From contig CAVUAE010000001.1 in the NCBI GenBank assembly GCA_963739395.1, forward strand, positions 710,056 through 774,055: 64,000 bases of DNA, in the 5' to 3' direction. Shown piece by piece: positions 52,462 to 61,429 of this stretch. Source of the stretch: an uncultured Chloroflexia bacterium. GTDB taxonomy: Bacteria > Chloroflexota > Dehalococcoidia > Dehalococcoidales > RBG-16-60-22. The position numbers were made by a program, and so were the translations under genes. A model generated the notes under the pieces. That model did no database searches and was not told where the DNA came from. It saw nothing but the letters and a program-made list of their open reading frames with translations. The number at the start of each line of letters is the position of its first letter. The stretch's first letter is position 1.

Positions 52462-54372
52462 CTAAGGTCTTAGTTTCTCTAGCAAATCATTAAGCCCAAT
52501 GGTGGCTAAACCAATAACCTTATCTCCGCCGCCATAATAGAAGTATAGTGTGTTTTCAATTACTACAGCTCCGCAGGAAAAAACCACATTATTAACGATG
52601 CCGTTTTTCTCGTAGTGCGTCTCCGGTTCCATGATCGTATAATACGTACGCCCGATGACACTTAAGGGGTCGTTTAAATCTAGAAGAGCTGCTTTGATAT
52701 CATAGATTGATTGCTTAACAGTAACACCGTGACAGAGTAAAAGCCAGCCGTAAGGGGTTTCGATGGGGGGACCGGCAATGCCGATTTTCTTATGAACACG
52801 CGGCATGGCTGTCGGTTCCATTAAAACCTGCCCGTAAATCCATCGATTACCATCAAAGTCAAGGCTATCAACAAAGTCAATCCAGATACTGCCGCCGAGA
52901 CGGTGCAAAATAACGTATTTACCCTTTATTTTCTTGGGAAATATAGCCGCATCTTTATCATCCATACCAGGTGGAGAGATTAGCACCGGTTCAGCCCAAT
53001 TCCAATGCTTGTCTAAAAAGTCTGCCAGCTTAATATGGGTAAGAGCTACACGTGGGAGGTCTTTCCCGTTATAAGCGGTATAGCACATGTACAATTTATC
53101 ATCGATTCGGGTAATTCGAGGGTCTTCACAACCCGAATTACCTCCGGGCACATATTTTGCCTCAAAATCTTTGCGGGGGACATATATTGGCTCGGGAAGC
53201 CTCTCGGTAATTCGCATACCATCAGCACTGGAAGCGTAGCCAAGGACAGATGTATTATCATTGGACATGGCTCGATATACTAAATGGACTCTCCCGTTTT
53301 CATAAATAGCCGCGGTATTAAAGGTTGCTTGAGCTTCCCATGTGTTTTGGGGATTAGGTGTTATGATAGGATTATCAAAAAATCTCTTTAGTTTGACGGC
53401 GTTAACTTCAATGCCTAATATTTCACGTAGCAATGACTCGAATTCGATGGTAGCTAAAGCACAGGTAGTATCAGCTGCCCCGTAATACATATGTAATTCT
53501 TTACCTTTAACATAAGCGCCTGTTGGAAAAACTATATTCGGCACCCGTCCGTATCTTTCGTATTGCTCTCTGGGTATCAGCAAAGGTTTTTTCGTGCGGC
53601 CAAGCACCTCGGTTGGATTATTAAAATCCAATAATGCCGCTTCAACGCCGAATGTCGCCGGCGGTGCAAAATAATTCTGGATATGACTATAAATCAACAG
53701 CCATCCATATTTAGTTTTTAACGGCGGCGCGCCAACTTCTATCTGGTCATGAGGCGAACGCTCCAAAGGAATGGCATGAGAATTCAGGGCTTCATACCAT
53801 TGCTGCCAGTATTTCTCCGACCAGATTTGAGCCTCATCATCGAAATAGGCTACGGCGATTTTAACCGGCGGATTGTCCGTATTAGCCGCTAGCACGGCGG
53901 CAATTTTACCATTGATTCTTTCCGGGAAGAGCGCCATGGCTTTAGCATTGAAAGTAGTAACCGGATATTTGGCATCAATTTGGTTAAAATCTCTAGTGAT
54001 AGCCAAACCAACTTTAATGCCGTCTGCATGGAAAGGGTATTTGGATAATGCCGTGTAAAAAATATAATACTTGCCATCAAATTTAGTTACCCTCGGGTCC
54101 TCGCAGCCGAATTGCTCCCAGTCATACTCCGGCCTGATAAGCTGATGACGTTGCTTAAAATGAACGCCGTCTTTGCTTACCGCACAGCCGACGGAAGAGT
54201 TGATTTTTTTCCCCATCCCATCAGCCAGTGATAAAGATTCAGCTCTATATAAGAGAACAACTTTTCCTTTATATATAGCAGCACAACCGTTAAAAGTAGC
54301 CTCTCCCTCCCAGTTATTATCAGGATTAGGCAACAGGATTGGATTTTCTTCCGAACGTTTAAAGATAATCAT
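52462..54372 (-). CDS. Tandem double GH130-family glycoside phosphorylase/hydrolase (two complete domains fused)
   Basis: Two repeats, each with NPIL/ITPNP...WE...FN, the GCEDPR motif (FGCEDPRV, SGCEDPRI) and YYGGAD/YYGGGD. Confidence 0.75.
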   Translation of the reverse strand: MIIFKRSEENPILLPNPDNNWEGEATFNGCAAIYKGKVVLLYRAESLSLADGMGKKINSSVGCAVSKDGVHFKQRHQLIRPEYDWEQFGCEDPRVTKFDGKYYIFYTALSKYPFHADGIKVGLAITRDFNQIDAKYPVTTFNAKAMALFPERINGKIAAVLAANTDNPPVKIAVAYFDDEAQIWSEKYWQQWYEALNSHAIPLERSPHDQIEVGAPPLKTKYGWLLIYSHIQNYFAPPATFGVEAALLDFNNPTEVLGRTKKPLLIPREQYERYGRVPNIVFPTGAYVKGKELHMYYGAADTTCALATIEFESLLREILGIEVNAVKLKRFFDNPIITPNPQNTWEAQATFNTAAIYENGRVHLVYRAMSNDNTSVLGYASSADGMRITERLPEPIYVPRKDFEAKYVPGGNSGCEDPRITRIDDKLYMCYTAYNGKDLPRVALTHIKLADFLDKHWNWAEPVLISPPGMDDKDAAIFPKKIKGKYVILHRLGGSIWIDFVDSLDFDGNRWIYGQVLMEPTAMPRVHKKIGIAGPPIETPYGWLLLCHGVTVKQSIYDIKAALLDLNDPLSVIGRTYYTIMEPETHYEKNGIVNNVVFSCGAVVIENTLYFYYGGGDKVIGLATIGLNDLLEKLRP

Positions 54373-55661
54373 CTGGGTCCTTTCGTCTTCTTTCGTATAG
54401 CTTTTTTCTTAGGCTTAGTTGTTTTTACGAAAGTAATCATCTTCGCCCCACACTTCAGGCAAACTCCTTTGATAATGCGTCGTTTATTATTCAGAGTTAT
54501 AGGATGCTGGTCTTTCATCACTCTCATTTTCTTACATTTCAAACAATACCCTTTGACAAGTTCTATCTCCTCTTCGACTTCATCCGGAGGTTCAGCGTTT
54601 ATGCTTTCACCCGCCGGTTCTCTATGATTGGCGACAAGCTGTTCAATAAAGCCGTTTAGCTTTACCGATGCCACACAAACCACCGTGTCAGCTCCGCCAT
54701 AATAAACAAACAGGCGTTCGTCAATGATTGCCGCTCCACAAGGGTAAATCACCCCTCTTTTCCAGCCCTCATTTTCATACCAGACATCTGGTGCCAGGAT
54801 GGGATTGCTGCTTCGGGCTAAAACTTTAGTTGGGTCTTTTAAATCAAGTAGCATTGCTCCTATTTTATAGTGATATTCTCCGCCATTATGGACAGCCTGG
54901 TAGATAAGCAGCCAGCCGTCTTTCGTTTTTAAAGGGGGCGGACCACAACCGACCTTAAGATTATCCCAATCCGAGCTTGTGGCTCTAACCGGTATTTCAT
55001 ATTGTCCGGTCAGCCACCTTGTACTGCCGTCAAAATCAAGGTCATCGACAAAATCAATCAGTATATTAGGAAAAACGCGATGAAAAATAACATATTTGCC
55101 ATTGATTTTTTCCGGTAGGAGACAGGCATTTTTATCCACAATATGAGGAGGCGAAATAAGGACGGGTTTCTTCCAGTTCCACTTTCTGCTAAGAAAATCC
55201 TTCAGGGAGATAGAACTTAATGCTATCCTCGGTTGAGTATGCCCATCATAAGCAACATAGATGATGTAAACTGTATTATTGATTCTAGTGAGGCGCGGGT
55301 CTTCACAGCCGCCCATCTCCCCACCACCGGAAACGTAAACGCCCGGCATTCCTGGTTTATACTGATAAGCCGGGTTGACTCCTTCAAAAGGCTCTCTGGG
55401 CACATACACTGGATAAGTCAGGCGCTCATGTATATGTAATCCATCAAGACTGGAAGCATAGCCTAATACCGAGACGTCCGTTTCGCCAATTGCACGGTAA
55501 AGAATGTGTATTTTGCCGCTTTCGTAAAGAGCAGCGGGGTTAAAAACAGCCTTGGTCTCCCATGAATGGCTCGAGTTTGGTTTCAATATCGGGTTATCGG
55601 CAAACCTTTCCAGTACCAGCCGGATGTTCGGTATTTTTTGGAGAGTTTTTCTGCCTCCCAC
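54369..55661 (-). CDS. GH130-family protein with C-terminal CxxC-CxxC zinc-ribbon and lysine-rich tail (GTG start)
   Basis: GGCEDPRLTRI and YYGGADT motifs. C-terminus CLKCKK...CLKCGAKMITFVKTTKPKKKAIRKKTKGPR. Confidence 0.75.
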   Translation of the reverse strand: MGGRKTLQKIPNIRLVLERFADNPILKPNSSHSWETKAVFNPAALYESGKIHILYRAIGETDVSVLGYASSLDGLHIHERLTYPVYVPREPFEGVNPAYQYKPGMPGVYVSGGGEMGGCEDPRLTRINNTVYIIYVAYDGHTQPRIALSSISLKDFLSRKWNWKKPVLISPPHIVDKNACLLPEKINGKYVIFHRVFPNILIDFVDDLDFDGSTRWLTGQYEIPVRATSSDWDNLKVGCGPPPLKTKDGWLLIYQAVHNGGEYHYKIGAMLLDLKDPTKVLARSSNPILAPDVWYENEGWKRGVIYPCGAAIIDERLFVYYGGADTVVCVASVKLNGFIEQLVANHREPAGESINAEPPDEVEEEIELVKGYCLKCKKMRVMKDQHPITLNNKRRIIKGVCLKCGAKMITFVKTTKPKKKAIRKKTKGPR

Positions 55662-55999
55662 TTGATGTCCCCTTTAGTAGCTGAAAATATAATTTATAGT
55701 AATTACTTTGAGTATATAGTATGCCTGTAGGCATACAATGGTGCTACCACCGATTCATTCTAGGGATATTTCTTTAATTTATTCCGTAGCTGACTCAACA
55801 CAAATGTAATTTTCATCGCAAATGTTAATAACTAACTAGAAATACTTAACACAATATGATAGGTATTTCTATTTATAATCTTAGAACTCAAATAGTATCA
55901 AAATTATTAAAATTTGACTAAATAAATCACAAAATTACCACATTTTAAAAATTCGGATTTTGATTGTCTTAGATATCGTCCCCGCAAAGGATTACGGCA

Positions 56000-56027
56000 T
56001 GGTGGAGACAGGGGAGGGTTGAACTCT
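56000..56027 (-). repeat. ssrA 3'-end copy 3
   Basis: tggtggagacaggggagggttgaactct. 25 of 27 core positions match. Confidence 0.7.
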
Positions 56028-56067
56028 ACATGAAAAAAGATATCGATAATTGGCTGACAGGGAAATA

Positions 56068-58737
56068 CTACAATTTCACCATCATATATCCCGCCCTGGT
56101 TAAAATGGTCGGAATTCCTCTTACCAAGATACGGTCTTTTTCCTTTGCTTCTTCGGTAAGTTTTTCCCATAGGACAAGGTCCTGGTGGAGTTTTTTCTCT
56201 TTATCCGTTTTTTCAGCATATTGCCAGCCGTCATTGAATTTCTGCTGCATCCATCGTTCATGTTCTGCTACAGCCAAAATTTCAACTTCATTATTAGAGA
56301 AATTACCGGGAGTTTCATTGCCACGCATAGGAACGATAACATATCCCACCTTAGTGAGTTTGCGTTGGATATCCCGTGCATTGCTGCGGTTTTGTTCTTT
56401 CTCATTGTCAGGTAATTCTTGATAAGGCTTTAGTGAACTGTGCTCTTTCCTGTCTTCATGGGTGACCAGACCATAAGTCCAACCCTTTTTACGCATGTCT
56501 TGAACAAACAGCTCATGAACAGTTTCCGCCAGCTTTTCTACAAGAGTGCTGGTAAGTTCCATTCGGTTCATGATAGATGAAAAATCACGACTGTCGACAT
56601 GCATATTTAACTGGGTCTCATATGGTAAGCAGGAGCGTTCAAAGGAAGATTTGCCGGCAAGCTGGCTCATCGAAACGATTGCCTCCATTGACCTGGCGCC
56701 ATGTTTATATTCGTTAGTAAGTAAAAAGGCGAGCAATAATCCCTGGTCAATATTGGCGATTTTCTTATTCCCTTCATTAATGAAAAGACGAGGAGCAGAA
56801 CGTTCGAGAATAGAACGAAGAAGAATCGCTCGACGGATGATATAATAAGGATCCTTAGTTTGTCCCTGAATGTTTTTATCCACTTGCCGGTTTGGTCCGA
56901 GGATATTGAGAAATCCTTTAAGCCTACTGACAAAATCAGGCAATTTGACCAGGATTTGTTCTTTATCGTCAAGGTTTGCACCAAAAGACTCCATGTTATA
57001 GCTAGTTCCTCCGGCAAAGATAAAAATACTACGCCCGATAGGATGAACTATCTGCCCTTCTTGAAATTCTCCATCTTGCATTGGAGCGAGGAAATACCGT
57101 AACCAGCCTAATGGTTGATTCTGCAATTTGGTATCAAATTCATCCCAGAACACCAGCGGGATTTTTCCGATTAGGACTTTATCCCTTACCTGATGAAAAG
57201 CGTCATATAAATCATTAGGTCCGGCCAGTTGCGAAAGATTGAATGTCAGAGTCTCAATTTCTCCGGGCAACACTGATTTGGCAATCTCTTTAACAGTAAA
57301 AGACTTGCCCGACCCTGGCGGGCCAAAAACAGCAATAGACAATGGCGTCTTCTGGTAACGCTGGTGATACTCATGAATAAAACCGCTAATGCTACGCAAG
57401 CCTTCTATTTCTTTTCGGTCTACGGTCTTTAAGTTGCCGAAACTGCCCATCGGGATGTCAGGTATCGCCTGTTCCAGACCTTCAACAACAATTTTTTCGG
57501 CGACACCCTCAAGTAAATTGGGATATTTATCCTCTAGGATAGCCCAGAAACGATTGTCCTGATTATCACCAACGCTCTCGATGGAAGTTGTCAGTCCTTG
57601 TAAAGGCATTTTGATAAAAGTCGAGGCAATTGACTTGTCATTTTCTGCTAACGCACTGGCTATCTTCGATATCGGGAAGGTGAGGTCTATCTGTGATTCA
57701 TTACTATTAACATGACCATATCCTTCTATATGAAGAACGCGAGTGGCATGAATACCAGACTGGATGCCGCGAAAGACATTTGGTTTTGTGGTATTCAACA
57801 TGAGTTCATGAGTAATACCTGCAGTAAGGCATGTATTGTAGCCGACCATATAGCCTTTGTGATTTTGTCCCCATTCACCCTCCATCGCCTTCGGGTCAAA
57901 AAATAACACCGCTTGCGGAACCGATTTCGGGTTGTTCACAACTAATATCGCGCCTGCCGTTCCGAAGGAAACAATAACATGTCCGCATTGCGCCAGACTA
58001 TTTACTTTAGGATTATATAGTAACTCCCAAACCATATCCTGGGCAGTTCTTTCCCAAGACAACCGTCGGCTAATTTGAACTTGACTGCTTCTTAAGTCGT
58101 CCGCCGTCATCACCACAATAAGCTGTTCCGAATGGTGACTAATTAAATATTCCCATAATCTACCCTGCATCACTGGTTTAGCCATTTTAAGAACAATCCA
58201 TGGTTTGGCTTCATTATTCGATAGTACCTGTGGCCATAACTCCGGATTATCACGGAATCCCTGATTGTCATCATTTAGTACAATAATATCTGGCAAAGCA
58301 CGTTCGTCAGTGACTTTTTCAATTTTTTCCTTCATGCTGGATTCTTTATGCAACGAGTTTACCCCTAAAAACTCGCGCACACGCCAGACGCTACCAAGCT
58401 CAGGTTTACGTTCGTCCAATTTATGTGGTGCCCAGATTGAATAGGAATGATGGAAGTTTGTATCAACAGGAGATATCCACCCACGTGGATATTCGACATG
58501 GTGGACTGTAAAACTCCCTTGTCCTGTTTTATGGAGGTTACTGGCGATGGTCTCAATGAGTTCAGCCAATAAAAATGCACCACCGCGCTGACAACAGGCT
58601 GATGTAATTTCATCCGCCGTCCAAGTCTTTGCCACAATATCTTCCTGGAACACGCGGGCTATGTTCCAATCAATAGTCACATCCCCAGTTACGACAACAG
58701 TTTTATTGTCTTGTGTTTTGTTCATCGAGAACCCCAC
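56068..58737 (-). CDS. 889-aa multidomain protein: unassigned N-terminal domain (about 340 aa, weakly PfkB/ribokinase-like), AAA+ ATPase, two C-terminal RyR domains
   Basis: Walker A FGPPGSGKSF and Walker B LVFWDEFD. Two RyR-like repeats: LAETVHELFVQDMRKKGWTYG...LKPYQELPDNEKEQNR...GYVIV and LAVAEHERWMQQKFNDGWQYA...LVLWEKLTEEAKEKDR...GYMMV. Confidence 0.6.
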   Translation of the reverse strand: MGFSMNKTQDNKTVVVTGDVTIDWNIARVFQEDIVAKTWTADEITSACCQRGGAFLLAELIETIASNLHKTGQGSFTVHHVEYPRGWISPVDTNFHHSYSIWAPHKLDERKPELGSVWRVREFLGVNSLHKESSMKEKIEKVTDERALPDIIVLNDDNQGFRDNPELWPQVLSNNEAKPWIVLKMAKPVMQGRLWEYLISHHSEQLIVVMTADDLRSSQVQISRRLSWERTAQDMVWELLYNPKVNSLAQCGHVIVSFGTAGAILVVNNPKSVPQAVLFFDPKAMEGEWGQNHKGYMVGYNTCLTAGITHELMLNTTKPNVFRGIQSGIHATRVLHIEGYGHVNSNESQIDLTFPISKIASALAENDKSIASTFIKMPLQGLTTSIESVGDNQDNRFWAILEDKYPNLLEGVAEKIVVEGLEQAIPDIPMGSFGNLKTVDRKEIEGLRSISGFIHEYHQRYQKTPLSIAVFGPPGSGKSFTVKEIAKSVLPGEIETLTFNLSQLAGPNDLYDAFHQVRDKVLIGKIPLVFWDEFDTKLQNQPLGWLRYFLAPMQDGEFQEGQIVHPIGRSIFIFAGGTSYNMESFGANLDDKEQILVKLPDFVSRLKGFLNILGPNRQVDKNIQGQTKDPYYIIRRAILLRSILERSAPRLFINEGNKKIANIDQGLLLAFLLTNEYKHGARSMEAIVSMSQLAGKSSFERSCLPYETQLNMHVDSRDFSSIMNRMELTSTLVEKLAETVHELFVQDMRKKGWTYGLVTHEDRKEHSSLKPYQELPDNEKEQNRSNARDIQRKLTKVGYVIVPMRGNETPGNFSNNEVEILAVAEHERWMQQKFNDGWQYAEKTDKEKKLHQDLVLWEKLTEEAKEKDRILVRGIPTILTRAGYMMVKL

Positions 58738-58797
58738 CCAATACTCTACGATTAATTGACTTTTTTCAATTTAATTAGCAAGACTCTTGATTCCGAT

Positions 58798-58826
58798 ATT
58801 ATGCTATATGAGCGACTACTAGTCAA
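58798..58826 (-). promoter_or_regulatory. Sigma70-like promoter for the 889-aa gene
   Basis: Minus strand TTGACT-17 nt-CATAAT. Lies between the gene start and ssrA copy 2. Confidence 0.45.
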
Positions 58827-58900
58827 CATTAATAGCATATATGGTGAAAGGAAAAAGAAAAGGAAATGTCAATCAACTATTAGTACTAAAATTTGAAGCT

Positions 58901-58927
58901 TAGTGGAGACGGGGGAGGGTTGAACTC
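58901..58927 (-). repeat. ssrA 3'-end copy 2
   Basis: tagtggagacgggggagggttgaactc. 25 of 27 core positions match. Confidence 0.7.
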
Positions 58928-59079
58928 TCCCTGAAACACGATATATCGTCAATTGGCTAATTAGGTTCGTTCTTGTATATGTGACTTAAAAAATGGTATC
59001 ACTATTGGCGTCACACCAACTTTGACAAGCTGGAATTAGCCTTTTTACTTCTAAAACAATGTTTTAGCAACTGCCCCTA

Positions 59080-59108
59080 TTGACAATTTTTTTTTACCGT
59101 ATTATAAT
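59080..59108 (+). promoter_or_regulatory. Perfect-consensus sigma70 promoter
   Basis: TTGACA (59080-59085), 17 nt, TATAAT (59103-59108). About 150 nt upstream of the 59261 ATG. Confidence 0.55.
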
Positions 59109-59260
59109 TCTGTAAATATTGAAGTGACGCTTGATTATCATATTGATTTTAATATTGTGTGAACATTTATAATTAGTAGAAATAACATAGTTACCAGGCT
59201 AACAGACACATAAATGCGTAGTAAATTATACTGCGCTGTATTTACTAAAGGAGGCAAGCT

Positions 59261-60793
59261 ATGAAAGCAGTACTCGCGCTCGCTATTGTTATTATATTGT
59301 TGGTACCGATGGCTACCACGTGGGGCTGCTCGGGAGATGGCGGTCAAATCCAGGATAAAACTGTCATATCTGCAGATGCCGATACTGATAATTATTTAGT
59401 CTGCACGCCGGAAGATACATACGACGAAGGCGCAATAACCTGTTACGTGGACAGCGTGAACGGGAACGACGAGAACGACGGTCTGTCAGAGGCATCTCCA
59501 GTAAAATCCCAATCGGCCATTGATCCTAGATGCACCGTGGTACGCTTCAAACGCGGCAGTGTCTTCAACGAAAAATTGGCCGTTCGTACTTTCTTTAACA
59601 AACTCGGCTTCGGCTACAACGTAAAAGTGTACACCAACTACGGTCCCGAAAGTGATCCCCTGCCCCATTTCAAAGTACCGAGCGAACCTGGGAGAGGCCC
59701 TGTGGTCCTTACGTTTTCTCCGCTAACCATCGATGGTCTGCATTTCTCGGGAGCCAGGGGCGACAACACCATGGTACATGATTTTGACAACGACGGAGAT
59801 GGGATTACCAAAGGTATCGTCGGAGGTATCGGCGCCTTTCTAGGAGCCGCCACTACATTTATCAACAATGAAATCGACAAATGCGATATCGGCATCATGC
59901 TGGGCGGCCCAGGTTCTGTCGTACGCGGCAACTATGTGCACGACCTCATCATGGGCATCGACGAATCTCCCGGCGTGGATCCGAATCTGGTAGGCGGCGC
60001 TGAAGGTATTTTCGTTAACGCTTCCAACTGTGAGGTGTCGTACAATGCATTTATCAACTGTTCGGGTTATGCCGAGTGGGTGGGTGCAAACGGCAAGTAC
60101 GACGGCGGTGCCACCGAAGTTTCCATAGCATCGGGCGGCACTATCGAAAATGTCCACATCCATCACAACTACGCCTACAACTGTTGCGGCTTTTTTGAAG
60201 TCGCCACGTACTTTGGTAATCAGGGCAAAGGCGTATTTAAGGATTCGTCATTCCATAACAACGTAATCGTCGACAGCGGTTGGATGGGACTGCTTCAGGT
60301 AAACAATACTGACCTTGAAAATATTCGCTTCTACAACAACACCCTCATCCAGCACAAGGGTTCCATTAACGAAGGATATCTTTGGATAATCTTCACCGCT
60401 GTATCATCGGGCATGCAAGGCGGCAGGCTTGTTCCCGGAACTGTGCACCTGACCAACAACCTGTTTGTTCTGGACGGTGTCACCCCCAAGGGCCGATTGA
60501 TTGATCCGGCGTTTGATGCCAATAACAATATCGTTACCAACTACTGGGGTCCTGAAGATACTAAATATGTTGATCTCGGCTTTGCCGACATCACAGGAAC
60601 CTCTGCATCATCTTTTGATCTGGTGAACGCCGACAGCCCTGCAGTGGACGCCGGCGCCGATATAGGCTATAACACACTGGACTACTTCAATCGTAAGCGT
60701 CCCAATGGCACCGCACCGGACATCGGCGCCATGGAATTCGGCTCCGCCCAGACCAAATGCATCCCGCGATTTCGAGCTGAGAGGGATCATTAG
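59261..60793 (+). CDS. Secreted lipoprotein with right-handed parallel beta-helix (pectate-lyase-fold) repeats
   Basis: Signal peptide with a lipobox-like TTWGC. Periodic repeats GNYVHD, VSYNAFINC, IHHNYAYNC, FHNNVIVDS, FYNNTLIQH and LTNNLFVLD. Confidence 0.65.
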   Translation: MKAVLALAIVIILLVPMATTWGCSGDGGQIQDKTVISADADTDNYLVCTPEDTYDEGAITCYVDSVNGNDENDGLSEASPVKSQSAIDPRCTVVRFKRGSVFNEKLAVRTFFNKLGFGYNVKVYTNYGPESDPLPHFKVPSEPGRGPVVLTFSPLTIDGLHFSGARGDNTMVHDFDNDGDGITKGIVGGIGAFLGAATTFINNEIDKCDIGIMLGGPGSVVRGNYVHDLIMGIDESPGVDPNLVGGAEGIFVNASNCEVSYNAFINCSGYAEWVGANGKYDGGATEVSIASGGTIENVHIHHNYAYNCCGFFEVATYFGNQGKGVFKDSSFHNNVIVDSGWMGLLQVNNTDLENIRFYNNTLIQHKGSINEGYLWIIFTAVSSGMQGGRLVPGTVHLTNNLFVLDGVTPKGRLIDPAFDANNNIVTNYWGPEDTKYVDLGFADITGTSASSFDLVNADSPAVDAGADIGYNTLDYFNRKRPNGTAPDIGAMEFGSAQTKCIPRFRAERDH

Positions 60794-61071
60794 AGATGTA
60801 TTTCCCCTCCCTGGACATATTTGATCCGCGGCGAAGCCATTGTTTATCTTTGTTGATATTTCTAATGGTGAATTGAAGCTCCCTGCAGCCCCCGCTCTCC
60901 GAGCGGGGATCTCCACAAAGTTCCGACAAGTCACCGACGGGCCAAAGCCGCCATTCTATAACCTATTTGAAGCGCTCAAGCACATGCCTGATAATAAGGT
61001 TGTAATATTCAGACCGGGCACAAAACAAAAAGAAACAGGCCCCGGAATTACCCGAGAGCCTGATTATGCTA

Positions 61072-61418
61072 TGGTGGAGACGGGGGAGGGTCGAACTCCC
61101 CGTCCAAAAGAAGCTGTCCAGGATATGCTACAAGCTTAGTCAGCTCTTTAATCTTACCGGGCTTACCTCAACTGACCGAGTTAAGCCCAGCCAGCCGATA
61201 AATCTTTCACCGCTTTTATCGACATTAAAGCGGCGGCACCCCAACTTTTCGGCACCCAATCCTGACCCGTCGGGGTGAGGTCAGGTTGGATGGCAACCTA
61301 TGTTAGGCTGCAACCATTACTGGTTCTGCGTTTGTTTTTTGCCAGCGGTTTTAGGAGGGACCGGCACCTCCGCCTGCAGTCCTGTAACGCACCTCCTCTG
61401 TCGAAACCACGCGTCCCC
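61072..61418 (-). ncRNA. ssrA: tmRNA (transfer-messenger RNA)
   Basis: The minus strand starts GGGGACGCGUGGUUUCGAC and ends GGGAGUUCGACCCUCCCCCGUCUCCACCA. The acceptor stem pairs with a G3-U wobble and the T-arm is intact. An internal reading frame ends ...NAEPVMVAA-UAA. Immediately downstream of smpB. Confidence 0.85.
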
Positions 61419-61429
61419 ATATATATATT

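Larger units (their letters stand above)
44381..61071. mobile_element. Tandem array of four ssrA-associated genomic-island modules (integrase-less) bounded by copies of the tmRNA 3' end
   Basis: Direct copies of the tmRNA 3' terminal 27-mer at 44381, 52388, 56000 and 58901, plus the intact gene end at 61072. All have the same orientation. Confidence 0.5.

Noticed and set aside
55907-56170. 87-aa minus-strand ORF spanning ssrA copy 3 and the 3' end of the 889-aa gene.
   Set aside because: It overlaps the larger gene in another frame and runs through the repeat. It has no motifs and is likely spurious.
60890-60908. ccccgctc-tcc-gagcgggg hairpin about 100 nt after the beta-helix gene.
   Set aside because: The loop is only 3 nt and no T-tract follows on either strand, so it is not called as a terminator.
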